DNA of 64,000 bases, taken from NCBI GenBank assembly GCA_024137785.1, contig JAHRHZ010000082.1, positions 5,701,994 through 5,765,993 of the forward strand. Reading direction: 5' to 3'. The stretch is from Ginglymostoma cirratum (taxonomy: Eukaryota). Shown here piece by piece: positions 1-11,692 of this stretch; the stretch's first letter is position 1, and every line of letters starts with the position of its first letter. The translations under genes and the position numbers were made by a program. Below the pieces are notes generated by a model, which was not told the DNA's origin, did not search any database, and was given only the letters and a program-made list of their open reading frames with translations.

Positions 1-349
1 TACCTTGAATATGAAATGCATGCAGTTTCCAACTATGTGGTATGCAAATTACAGTCACCAGCTCCAAGTTGTTGGTCATTACAAACTGATGATAGTCATC
101 TTCAGGGAGGACTGACAGGTCAAGGGGGCGGGATGATGTTAGTAGATAGGAGATGGGGGTGTGGCTTGAGGTGAGAGGAAAAACAGGTTAGGGAGGTGGA
201 GATGAGCTGGGCTGGTTTTGGGATGCGGTTGGGGGAGGGGAGATTTTGAAGCTTGTGAAATCCACATTGATGCCATTGGGCTGCAGGGTTCCCAGGCTGA
301 ATATGATTTGCTGTTCCTGCAGCCTTCGGGTGGCATCACTGTGGCATTG

Positions 350-749
350 NNNNNNNNNNNNNNNNNNNNNNNNNNNNNNNNNNNNNNNNNNNNNNNNNNN
401 NNNNNNNNNNNNNNNNNNNNNNNNNNNNNNNNNNNNNNNNNNNNNNNNNNNNNNNNNNNNNNNNNNNNNNNNNNNNNNNNNNNNNNNNNNNNNNNNNNNN
501 NNNNNNNNNNNNNNNNNNNNNNNNNNNNNNNNNNNNNNNNNNNNNNNNNNNNNNNNNNNNNNNNNNNNNNNNNNNNNNNNNNNNNNNNNNNNNNNNNNNN
601 NNNNNNNNNNNNNNNNNNNNNNNNNNNNNNNNNNNNNNNNNNNNNNNNNNNNNNNNNNNNNNNNNNNNNNNNNNNNNNNNNNNNNNNNNNNNNNNNNNNN
701 NNNNNNNNNNNNNNNNNNNNNNNNNNNNNNNNNNNNNNNNNNNNNNNNN
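350..749. other. Assembly gap (400 N)
   Basis: Run of N lying inside a PLE insertion between two oppositely oriented arms. Confidence 0.99.
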
Positions 750-782
750 TTCTGATGAAGGGTTTAGGCCCGAAACGTCAAG
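750..782 (+). ncRNA. Minimal type I hammerhead ribozyme motif (PLE-associated)
   Basis: CUGAUGA (752-758), extra A, stem II GGGUUUAGGCCC (760-771), GAAA (772-775), palindromic stem III ACGU, GUC cleavage triplet ending at 779; 5' side of stem I is truncated by the gap. Confidence 0.7.
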
Positions 783-892
783 TTTTCCTGCTCCTATGAT
801 GCTGCTTGACCTGCTGTGTTCATCCAGCCCCATGCTTGTTATCTCGGACTCTCCAGCATCTGCAGTACCTTTTATCTCTGATAGTCATCTTC

Positions 893-1016
893 TGGTTGGT
901 TGGCTCGCTGAGCTGGTTCATTGTTTTTCTGCAGAAGTTTCATTACCCTGCTGAGTAACATCATCAGTGCAGCCTCCAATGAAGTGCCATTGTGCTTTCC
1001 CGCCTATTATTCATAC
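893..1016 (-). mobile_element. Penelope-like terminal fragment (family C) with hammerhead motif at 929-972
   Basis: Minus strand: CUGCA-CUGAUGA-U-GUUAC[UCAGCAGG]GUAAU-GAAA-CUUC-UGCAG, with a 5-bp stem I; flanked by GATAGTCATCT copies at 880-890 and 1017-1027. Confidence 0.7.
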
Positions 1017-1399
1017 GATAGTCATCTCTTTGAAAGAAAGCAATCACAAGTGATCTTAAAACCACAAAGCTCAAAAATAATGCAAGGCCTCACAGACCTT
1101 GCATTAAACAGATGGCCTTTCACCTTAAACTTTCACCAAGCACTCACAATCTCCTACTGTCTCATTGCGATATGACATGTGCAGCATTCATCAGTATATT
1201 GTCCCTAGAGAGAATCCATGACAATCCTTGACAGGCTCGATTTCACATTGTTTGGAGGAGTGCACTAAAACATAATTTGTAAGTGAGGTGAGTGTTGCTT
1301 TCTCACTTCACTAACAATGTGTTTTTTATGTTCCCGACTCAGCTTCATCGCAAGGGTATCACCGACGTCATTTGTTCCAGATCACACTGCTTTGTATTG

Positions 1400-2120
1400 C
1401 TTTCACTGAAATTTTCAGCAACGTAACTGGCTTCGCCTAGGTGCATGATGTCATAGACTGTACATAAGTCATGCTGAGAGGACCATTTCATAACAGAGCA
1501 CAGTCCACCAACAGAAAGGGAATCCATTCCGTCATTGTGCAAGTGAATCTGTGATCATCACTACCATATCTTAAAAGTTTGTTCCTTGTGCTCTGGGAGC
1601 TATCTTAATGCCTATGTCCTTGAGAACTCTCAAGTTCCTGCTGTGCTGGGGGTCCAAATGCCTTTCAAGGATGCTTCCTGATGGACAAAAGCTACCCTCT
1701 CAGACAATGGCTGAAGATTCCATGACACAGCCTCACCTCTGAGGCTAAGCATGGATAAAATGTTGCCCTTCCTTTCACCAGAGTCAAGGTGGATATGACC
1801 ATATTTCTGCTGAGCATGGTTTCTGATGCTTAGATTTGTCTTGCTTAAATTTAATTTGATTTATTGCAGTCACATGTACCTAAGTACAGTGAAAAGCTTT
1901 GTTTGGTGAGCAGTACAGGCAGATCATGGACCGGGGGGCATTTTGCATTACTCTGTGGACAGAATGTCCTGCATAAACCTAGCAAACTCTGCTCTGCACA
2001 ACTGGTGCAGACAAAGTAGGAAAATGATGGACTCTGAAGAGCTGGGAGAGTGGCAGGAATCTTCTGAGGAGAAGGAAGAAGAGAATGGGGATATTGAGCC
2101 GGAGGAACATCACATGCAGC
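1400..2120 (+). mobile_element. PIF/Harbinger (HARBI1-like DDE) transposase fossil
   Basis: Frameshifted and stop-containing translation: GFA*VHDVIDCT*V..NRKGIHSVIVQV/ICDH..GSYLNAYVL..MDKSYPLRQWL.., then GGILHYSVDRMSCINLANSALHNW and an acidic tail; matches Harbinger motifs IDCTH, NRKGxHS, GDxGYPL, LQYSP..LHN; interrupted at about 1755-1925. Confidence 0.85.
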
Positions 2121-2843
2121 ATGACAGAACTGACAGCATTGGGCATGAGAAGCCAGACCGAACTTAATTTACACCCAGTTCTAGTAGGTTTGAGCTGAAT
2201 GCTGTGATCTTTCATTAACTATAAAATTGTTGTGCACAAAATGCAATCTATTTTTGTTCCTAGTGGCAAACTCAGCTTCTCTGTGTTTTTTATTTATTTG
2301 CTTTTACTATTGATGAACAAAAATTAATGATTTGAACCATTTGGAGGCTTTCCAGTATATGAAGTTCTCACATTGAACAATGAGAGGATGCTGGACCACA
2401 TTGTGCATTAAGGAGATGGTAGCACTCACTGAGACTGGGTTGTAAAATGGGACGAGGCTAATGACAGGTAAGCTATGTGACTTGATTCATAAATAACAAT
2501 AGATGTAAAATTATCCCTTTAGATGTGTACTAAAGTGTCAGCCATGCTGCCTGTAAGCCCTGAGAAAGAATGTTTTGTGGTTGCTTTACCATTACGCTCA
2601 CAGTAAATGCCAATGCCAAATTTCCAGTGCTTGACCAGGTGCAATGTTAGGCTTTAAAGATGGTACCACTGCCAGGTTATCACATCGAGGTGAGTGTGTC
2701 TGCCTGTCGCATGTGGGAGAATATGACAAGTGAGGTGCCATAGGAGCATTGCACATAAGTAATGAGGCAAAGTTAGGAAGATAGCATAAGAACTAGGCAC
2801 CGCACAGAGAAATGCTTAGTGAAACTCACCAAAATCGATAACT

Positions 2844-3085
2844 GAGATAACCAGGTGTAGAGCTGGATGAACACGGCAGGCCAAGCAGCATCAGAGGAGC
2901 AGGAAGGCTGATGTTTCGGGCCTAGACCCTTCTTCAAAAATCATTTTTGAAGAAGATTTCTGAAGAAGGATCTAGGCCGGAAACGTCAGCCTTCCGGCTC
3001 CTCTGATGCTGCTTGGCCTGCTGTGTTCATCCAGCTCTACACCTTGTTATCTCAGATTCTCCAGCATCTGCAGTTCCTACTATCT
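2844..3085. mobile_element. Inverted pair of PLE family A terminal repeats (fold-back insertion)
   Basis: Left arm is the reverse complement of the right arm; hammerhead cores near the centre (plus-strand CTGAAGA at 2960-2966); 15-bp TSD CCAAAATCGATAACT at 2829-2843 and 3086-3100. Confidence 0.85.
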
Positions 3086-3129
3086 CCAAAATCGATAACT
3101 ATTCACTTTCGCGTATGACTCAGCCCAAT

Positions 3130-3262
3130 GTTTTAGATCTGTTGCCTTTCAGAGATGATAATTTTGTTTCTCTCTCTACTGATGCTGCCAGACCTGCTCA
3201 GTATCAACAGCATTTTCTGGTCGTGTTTAGACTGTCAGCATCACCAGTACTTTGCTTCTGCG
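3130..3262 (+). mobile_element. Degenerate PLE family B terminal fragment
   Basis: gatgctgccagacctgctcagt... similar to other family B copies in the window. Confidence 0.55.
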
Positions 3263-3834
3263 TCAGTTATGTAAAACTTTCATTGTCATTTTCAATAGTA
3301 TGTGTAATAATTATAGTCAATCTTCAATGCTTCTCAGTTTCATCTTTCTAGATGATTATTTCATGATTTGGTAACCTGGAATTTGTAGTCGGTGGCCAGG
3401 CAGCAATTCTCTATATTGACATAAAAGAAAGCTGGCCGCAAAGACCTAGTAATCTCTGTGGTGGGAAATTCCTCTTTCCCGATTTTAGTTTGAATTTGGT
3501 TAAAGTGGAGGGGATCTCCAACAGTTCAGCAGCAGTGATGTTGTCAAGCAAGTCAAACAGCCAACTGCATTGAAGTATCCTCACAGACAGCAAACTGGGA
3601 TGTAAAATGCTTTGATTATTCTTGGCTTTTAATGAAATTTTACAGACAGTAAAATAAATTACTGAAACACACGTACAGGATTGTGATGAAAGCCTAAATA
3701 GCATAACCAAACGTTTACAATTTTACTTACTTACAAATCTATAGGACTTTTGAGAAATTTAACATGCCAAAAATACAAAAATAGCTTTTCGGGATCATAG
3801 ATGTTCATCAGCACTCATCAGGAAATTGGTACAT

Positions 3835-4962
3835 TATTAAAAACCCAATTACCCACAAGGTAGGAGCTCGTGGTATTGGAGGTAATGGATTGAGAACTGG
3901 GTAACACACAGAAGACAAAAAGTTAGGATTAATGTGTCTTTTTCAGGTTGGAAAGATGTAACCAGTGGAGTGCGATAAAGATCAATCTTAGGGCCTCAGT
4001 TAGTTCCACCTATATTCATGACTTGGAGGAAGGAGCAGAGTGCAATATATCCAAATTTGTTGATGATACAAGAATAGATGAGGGGATATGTTGTGGTGAG
4101 AACAAAATAATCCAGAAGGTAATATCAATAGATCGAGTCAGCGGGCAAAAACTTGGCAGATGGAGTTCAAGGCAAGTATGAGGTCATGCTATTTGGTAGG
4201 AAGATTCAAAGTGAAAACTGTTATTTAAATCGAGAGAGATCCCAAAAACGTGCAGCAAAGAGGAACCAGTGTGTTCTTGTTCATAAAGAAGTTAGGATGC
4301 AGGTACAATAAGTAATTAAGAAAACAAACAGAATTTTGGCCTTCATTGTGGGGGTTTAGAGTATAAAAACTGAGAATTCTTGTCACAGCTGCTCAGTGTT
4401 GGTGAGGCTGTACCTGGAATACCACGTACAGTTTTGTTTCCTGTATCTTATAAAGAATGTATTGGCCTCAAAGGCAGTTCAAAGGAGATTTACCAGTTTG
4501 ATTCATGTTATGAAAAGGTTGATTTATTGAAAAAAGCTAAATAAGTAAGGCCTGTGTTCATTAGAGTTTAGAAGAATGAGAAGTGATCTTATTGTAACAT
4601 CCAAGTTTGTGAGGGGTCTTAACAAAGTAGATATTGAGAAGATGTTTCTACCACTGGGGGGGTCTCGAGCTGGGCGACACAACTACAGAATAACAGGACA
4701 CCCGTTTAAAACTGAGATGTGATGGAATTTCTTCTCCCAGAGAATAGAGAATGTCTGGAATTCTCTACCCCAGAGAGTTCTGGATTCTAGATCACTGAAA
4801 GTATGTAAAGATGAGGTAGATAGAGTTTTATACATTGAGGAGTAGAGATCAATGAGAAGTTGGCACTAAAAAGGATTTGAGGCCTAGGCCAGATCAGCCA
4901 TGATCTTACAGAATGGTAGGACTGGCGTGAGGGTCTGAATGACCTACTCCTCCTATTTCTTA
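3835..4962 (+). mobile_element. CR1-type LINE, 3' part of RT plus 3' tail (decayed)
   Basis: ISKFVDDT (FADDT motif) in ORF 3948-4181; LEYxVQF and FSLEFRRMRSDL-like segments; typical tail gaatgacctactcctcctattt. Confidence 0.85.
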
Positions 4963-5560
4963 CAGAACGTAGATCTGTACAGCACAGGTATGGACCCTGC
5001 AGACCACGAAGTTGTGCCAATCATAATGCCAAAATAAACAAATCGCTTCTGCCTGCCCTTGGTCCATATTCCCCCCATTCCTTGTATATTCATATGCTTA
5101 TCTAAAAGCCCCTTTAACACCCCCATTGTATCTGCCTCCACCACCATCCATTGGCAGCACATTCCAGACTCCTACCACTCTCTATGTAAAAAAAATCTAC
5201 TCCTCACATCACAAGGGAAAAAGATTCTGTCAACCCTATCCATGCATCTCATAATTTTATAGGCTTCTATCAAGTCTCCCCACAGCCTCCACTGCTCCAG
5301 AGAAAACAACCTGAGGTTTTTCTAGCCTCTCCTTATAATTCATATCCTCTAATCCAGGCAGCATCCTGGTAAACCTCTTCTGCACCCTCTCCAAAGCCTC
5401 CACATCCTTCCTCTAATGTTGCGACCAGAATTGAATGCAGTACTCTAAGTCTTATAAAGCTGCAACATGACATCCTGAGTCTTTTCCTCAGTTCCCTGAC
5501 CAATAAAGGCAAGCATGCCATATGCCTTCTTTACCACCCTATCTACTTGCATGGCCACTT
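4963..5560 (-). mobile_element. CR1-type LINE 3' end, tail-to-tail with the previous copy
   Basis: Reverse complement of the CR1 ORF2 end (LERVQKRFTRMLPGL-like) and 3' UTR. Confidence 0.85.
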
Positions 5561-6889
5561 TGTTGTTATGTTACGTGTCATGGAAGTAGACATAACTGTT
5601 ACAAGGGTTTTAACAGTGTGACTAGTCGCAAATAGGTAAAAGCAGAAAGTCAATTCAGCGATCTCTACAGATTGATGATTTCAACAATGCGCTCTATTGA
5701 GAAGGGCAGAATCATTTGCCAGGATGTGTGCCGATTCCAGATATTTCATTACTTGCCTTATGTTCTAATTGCAGCGAATGAATTAATTACTATGTTAAAT
5801 CCGTTTATCAACACTTCAAGACAATCAAAACTTCACAGAATCATTATTCCTGCTATAAAAACTATCTTCTAGACAATGCTACTATAAGTCTTGAAACTCC
5901 ACACATAAAAAGAAGGATCAATATAACTTACTAAATTAAGGATGTTGGAATATTCATTAGGAAGTCAATGATCTGCCCCTTGATACTCCAGCATAAATCT
6001 TATTAGTCTGTATATTTGACAATTAAAATGGTATATTTCATTAAATATCTGTCTTTTGTTAGTGTGGATTTGGTCATTCTCCAAAAATTCCGAAATTGTG
6101 GACATGCAATAGCAAAATACAATAGAATACACAATATCGGCTGGAGTGATAGGGCATTCACTGACACTCGTGACCTTCTGCACACATTGAACTTCTACCA
6201 TGTGCTGCTGACCTCGTTATGAGAGAGTTGTGCAAAGCTGGTTTCATTCACTTTCCAATTGCTGGTTTAACTTGGTGGCATTTGGAACAGTCAACTTAGC
6301 CAGGGTTAGTGAGAAAGTAACTTAAAATAAACCGCTGCTCAGTTAAATGACAAATGTGTCATCGGTCTGGATTGTCAGAGAAAGTTAATGATAAAATATA
6401 TTGGCTGCACACTTGTGTGTAGCTGGCAATCTGAAAAGCTCAGGAATAGGCTTCCCGCCAAATCAGTCCCTGGGTTGCACAGCTCAGTATTTCACAGTTG
6501 GGCAGCATTTAGATTACAGCCAACTCTTGGTGATAGTACACAAGTGTTTCATTAAGATTTTCCAAAATTATTTAACTTCAGCTGGCCTGCGGTTTTCTGT
6601 TTCCAGTGGAAACGTTTGCAGTGAAAGGACCTTTGAGTTTTTCATTTTTGAAGCTGGCTGATGCTGTTTCAGAATTTTTTTCCAATTATTTGCTTTTGTT
6701 TAACTTCCTTCACATTTTTCTGCAATTTGTTTGGCTTATCTGTGTCCCTTTTTCACTTCTTTCTTATTTTTTAAAATTCTTCTGATCTTATTGCTGTTTT
6801 CAATTAGATTTGAAAGTTTCAAACTTATTTTAACTACCTTTAGATTGCAATCCCTTTTGGAATTTCTCTTGCCTGAAGAGATTTGCAGG

Positions 6890-7875
6890 CATTCATCAGG
6901 GTGATGTCCTCGACCCAACCATCTTCAATTTCTTCATCAAACAGTTTCCTTGCATCATGAGATCATAATTGGGAAGGTTTGCTATTGATCTCATAGCGTT
7001 CAGTTCCATACAATAATCAGTACTACAGATAATTAAGCAATCCATTGCCAAATGCAACGTAGTCTTGGTTAACATTCTAAACTGATACCTTGGGGTGATA
7101 AGTGGAAAGCAATATTCATGGCAGACAAGCGCCAGACAATAACCATCAAGAGATCTCATCACCTTTGCTTTCAAATACATCACTGTCACTGGATCCCCTA
7201 TCATCAATACCGCAGGGTCTCCACTAACCACATCCTGAACTCTACCAGTCATATAAATGCTTTGACTATAAGACACATTAGAGGCTAGGTATTCACCAAA
7301 GCGCAACTCACCTCCTGTCTCTTGAAAGCCTGTCCACCATAACACATAAATCAGAGTGTGATAGAATATTCTCCACTTGCCTGAATGAGTGCAGCTCCAA
7401 CAACACTCAAGAAATCAATACCATCAAGGACTAAATGGTATACATGATTGCCACCCTATTCAGCAACAAACATCCCTTTCTTCCACTATCAGTGCACAAT
7501 GGCTGCAGTGAGTGTATTTACAATATGTACTGCAGCAACTCCCCAAAGTTCCTTTGATAGCACCTTCCAAATCCATGAACTCTATCACCTGGAAGAACAG
7601 GTGCAGCAGGATCAAAGGAATATCACCATCTGCAAGTTCCTCTCTTAGGCACGGGCCATTCTGACTTCAAAATATGTTGTTGTTCCCTCACTGACACTGG
7701 ATCAAATCTTGGAACTTCTCCTCTAGCAGCACTATGGCTGTGTCTATCTGATATGGAATCTGATGTTTCAACAAGGTGGCTCACCATAACATTATCATAG
7801 ATAACCATGGATGTTATGTACAAGCTGGCCTTGCTAGCAATGCCTATAACTCATAAATAATTTATTTTTAAAAAG
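6890..7875 (+). mobile_element. CR1/L2-clade LINE RT fragment plus 3' tail (second LINE family)
   Basis: QGDVLDPTIFNFFI..GRFAID (QGSVLGP..FADD motifs); related tails recur at about 22070-22165, 37325-37500, 39170-39610, 43915-44270 and 50890-51030. Confidence 0.75.
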
Positions 7876-7979
7876 GCAAGGATCTGCCACAGCAACAATT
7901 GAATAAGCCTATATATATACGTTACTCAAACCCTCACGTATATAGAACTGGCCAGACATATCTGGGAATGTCAGAGGAG

Positions 7980-8490
7980 TTAGGAGCATAGAAAAAGCAG
8001 TCAGTCATTTAGCCCCTCAAGCATATTCTTGAATTTAGCGAGATCATGGCTGGTCTGTGACCTAACTCCATACAAGTGTTGTCCGACATCACTTGGAACA
8101 TTTTGCCGAAAAGAATCTAACAATCGTAGTGTTCATGGCAGTTGACGTAGAATCAGCTGCAACAGATATCCAATATCTATCACTTATTGCATGTCGAACT
8201 GTTTACTAACCTTACACATGAAAGCCTTTCTTTACTTTGTTGACTACATATCCTATTTGTGATTCCTATACACTGTAGAAAGAATTTATTTTTATCTACC
8301 TCATCACTTTTCTTTAATATTGTGAAAACATTGATCAAATCATCCATTCACCTTCCAAAACACAGGGAATACAAGCCTAGTTTGTGTAATCCCTTCTCTT
8401 TGCAATCCAAATTAAAATATCCCTCCCAAGGAGTATGCGCCCAAAATATGATATAAAGTGTTATTAAGCTGAGTTTTGCACAACAGTAGC
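7980..8490 (-). mobile_element. Old CR1 3' fragment
   Basis: Degenerate reverse complement of the CR1 tail (gagatcatggctggtctg..). Confidence 0.6.
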
Positions 8491-9609
8491 ATTACTACTA
8501 CTACCTTAGATTCTCGTCCTCAAGTGGTTCTTTCACCAATCTATATTTCACTGTGGTTTATTTTTCCCCAAGCTGGGAGTCAGGTTCCTGAATTGAAATG
8601 GTATAGCAGCAGTAGGATTGAACTTTTAACCAAGAGATCATGAGCCCAAATCTACAATGGCAAACCTATGAAACTGAATTAAATATGTCTGGACAGGAGC
8701 TTGTGAAAAAAGAATCTTAAAACCATTCTGTGAAAGCACAGCATGAACACAAAAGCACTACGAAGTTGGCACAGTTTGTGCAATCTCACTTTTTACAAAT
8801 TGTCTGCTAAGCTTCCTACATTACAAGAAACACTTCAAGATATGTTTTATAATGAGCTTGGCTTGCACCATAACTGAGAAAGCAGTGAGTAACCATTCAA
8901 AACCATTCAAAGTGGTATTGCAATGAGTATGATCCTGGATGGGCTTTTCCAATATACTTGTATGGAGATTAGTGAGGTCCTGGTGAAATGGTAGATCTGA
9001 CAAAATTAGAGTTGGAGATCAGGAAAACCCTACAGAAATGCTTCCTTTTGAAATATGTCAGTATGCTAAGTCTTTAAATTGTATCTAATATCTCAGATGT
9101 GTTTCATGTTGTCTTTCAGGTGAGGCATCAAACAATGGTCCCATGCAGGATTTACACTTGCCTAGCATATGCCTGCAAATTCAGTTTCATACCTTTATTT
9201 TTTTCACACAGAATGTCGATTTCTTTTCTGACCTACTTTTCCAGCAATGGCAGAGTCTTTAAAAAGCTGTAATGTATTGTCTGTCTTTGAAAAGGCTTTA
9301 AGAATTTTCATGTCCTAAAGAGAATTAAAAACAAAAGGACTGGTGATGACTGGCTCACCATCTAAATTTACACCTGAGAGTCTTTCTTTGCTTGGTTGAC
9401 TACATATCCTATTTGTGACTCCTATACACTGTATAGGAGAGGGATTCCAGCTAACATGTGATTTTGTGCTCATCTAGATTCTAAAATATTACTTTTTCCA
9501 TTCAATATTTAAACTGCAGTTGAACTGATTTATGATATTTGAATCTCTGAATCAGAAGGTTTTGTTGTGTCCAGGGTATCAGCTCAAACATTAGGTTGAC
9601 CTTTGTAGG

Positions 9610-10370
9610 ATACATGGCACAGATACAGGACTATTCACTTGATCAGTCCATGCCATTGTTTATGCTCCACTTGAGTCACCACCCACTTTTCCTTATCAAA
9701 ATCTACCACTGTAACCACCTCCCTCAATGTTCGTCTACCTTCCCTTAAACACAGCCATACTATTTACTTGAACCATTCCCTTTGGCAGTGAGTTCCACGT
9801 TAACACCACTTTTCTATAAAGGACTTTCTTCTGAATTCCCTGCTGGGTTTCATGGCGGCTAGCTTAAATTGATGGCCTTTAATTATGATCTCCCCCACAA
9901 GAGGAAATATTCCCTCTGCGACCACTCTAGGAAAACCTTTCACAATGTTAAATACCTCTATCAGGTCACACTTCGGCCTTCTTTTTCAAGACAAAAGTGA
10001 CCCAGCCTGTCAATTCTTTTCTTGTTTATACCTATACATTTCTGGTTTTATGCTTATAAACATCTGCACCTTCTCCAATGCGTCCATATCCCTTCTATAA
10101 TGTGGTGACTGAAACTGCCCACTTTACCATTCGTGCGGTTGATGTGATACTTGTGAAAATGTTATTATATTGATACTGGTTTTATTGATTCATTACATTT
10201 AGTATAACTTCCCGACATCTCGTTATCTATCCATCTAGGCATAAAGCCTACTTCTTTGTTTCCTATTTCATGGTCTTGCCAACCTGTGGCACAACTTTTA
10301 GTGATGGACGTACTGTGAAGCCCCTTTGTTCCTTTTATCTCACCTGGACTTGCACCTTCCAAGTAAGAAG
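9610..10370 (-). mobile_element. Old CR1 3' fragment
   Basis: Degenerate similarity to the copies at 4963-5560 and 55041-55845. Confidence 0.65.
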
Positions 10371-10680
10371 TGACTACAAAACTAAAACTCTACCATTCAA
10401 GTGATCATTCTTCAAATATGTCAGTGGCTCAAATGAGGTCACTCCGCACTTTTGAGTTTAGATAAAATTTGATGCAGACTTTTCATTGCTTTGTTGATGT
10501 GTTTATATTTTATCAATAACTCTCATTAACTGATGATGTAAATCTGTTTTCTTATGTCAAAATGTACAATTTCACTATCAAAAGGAAGGAATATGTCTTT
10601 GCAAGTTTGTCTAAATCTGTTTGATTTCTCGGGTTAGATGGTTTGGTGATTTCAGATCAGTGAAACAATGTGCGGAAAAG

Positions 10681-10890
10681 AAATAAAAACAAAAAGTGCT
10701 GAAGAAACTCAGCAGGTCTCGCTGCATTTGTGGAGAGAAACACAAAGTTACTGTTTTGATGACTGATTGAACACAAAATGTTAAGTCTGTTCTCTTTCTC
10801 CACACATGCCGTTAGACATGCTGAACTGTTCCAGCACTTTCTATTTTCATTTCAGACCTTCACCATCCACAGCATATTGCTGTTATTTGA
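10681..10890. mobile_element. Inverted pair of PLE family B terminal repeats
   Basis: gaaactcagcaggtctc.. arm followed by its inverse; near-perfect 11-bp TSD GTGC(G/A)GAAAAG at 10670-10680 and 10891-10901. Confidence 0.7.
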
Positions 10891-10904
10891 GTGCAGAAAA
10901 GGAA

Positions 10905-11000
10905 ATTTTCTGAAGAAGGGTCCAGACCCAAAATGTCAGCTTTCCTGCTCCTCTGATGCTGCCTGGCCTGTTATGTTCATCCAGCTCTGCACCTTGTTAC
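10905..11000 (+). mobile_element. PLE family A terminal fragment with decayed hammerhead
   Basis: CTGAAGA at 10910-10916, stem II GGGTCCAGACCC, GAAACGTC mutated to AAAATGTC. Confidence 0.75.
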
Positions 11001-11504
11001 CTTTAGCATTGTACCACTTATTCACTTCACAAAGGTGAGCAGAGCCTCTGGAAAATGATGTTATAAGAGTAATAGAAAAATAACAGCATGTAAGTTTCTA
11101 ATTCTTCATTGTTTGCATTACTTTATAAAACTAAAAAGGAGTAGCTAATGGCAAAATGTAATTCACTTTCTTTTCTTACATAAGTAGAAAGAGTTACATA
11201 TAGTTTCCAAAAGGCATGGCTGTATCATTTTTCTGTCAGACAGTTGAAAGATAAAAACAAATACCTATACCAAATGTTCCTTTCAGAAATACTGCTTCCA
11301 AGAACTAAGTTATTTGAACATAATACTATACTTCGTACAAGTAGAGAAGTGCTATTTGAGTTTTTCCTCTCTAGTACCTCCCTTCTACAGTGTTCACTGT
11401 TTCACCTTCAATCGTTCTTTACGTCCAAACCATCCAAATAATCTTTTGATGATTCAGTCTTTTGAAGTAGCACCTGAAAGTTATTAATGTAAAAGCATAA
11501 TGAT

Positions 11505-11692
11505 GGTAGATGATGGAAATTTGAAAAAAAATCAGAATAATCTGAAAATACAGGTCAGTCATTAACTGTTGAGACATCTGCATTTCAACTTGATGACTTT
11601 TCAGAAGAGAGCCAAAAGATCATCAACTTGAAATGTTAACGCTTACCGGATGCTGCCTGACCTGCTGAGTGTTTCCAGCATTCTCTGTTTCT
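11505..11692. mobile_element. Degenerate inverted PLE family B pair
   Basis: gatgctgcctgacctgctgagtgtttccagcatt on the plus strand, preceded by a decayed inverse arm. Confidence 0.5.

Larger units (their letters stand above)
104..878. mobile_element. Penelope-like retroelement insertion (family A): minus-strand GIY-YIG C-terminal fragment plus oppositely oriented terminal repeat with hammerhead motif
   Basis: Minus strand of about 230-349 translates QCHSDATRRLQEQQIIFSLGTLQPNGINVDF (PLE GIY-YIG end, xLGTLxPxGxN); 750-878 is a plus-strand pLTR; flanked by 14-bp direct repeat TGATAGTCATCTTC at 90-103 and 879-892. Confidence 0.85.

Noticed and set aside
218-833. Long ORFs of 165-193 aa
   Set aside because: They are artefacts of reading through the N gap
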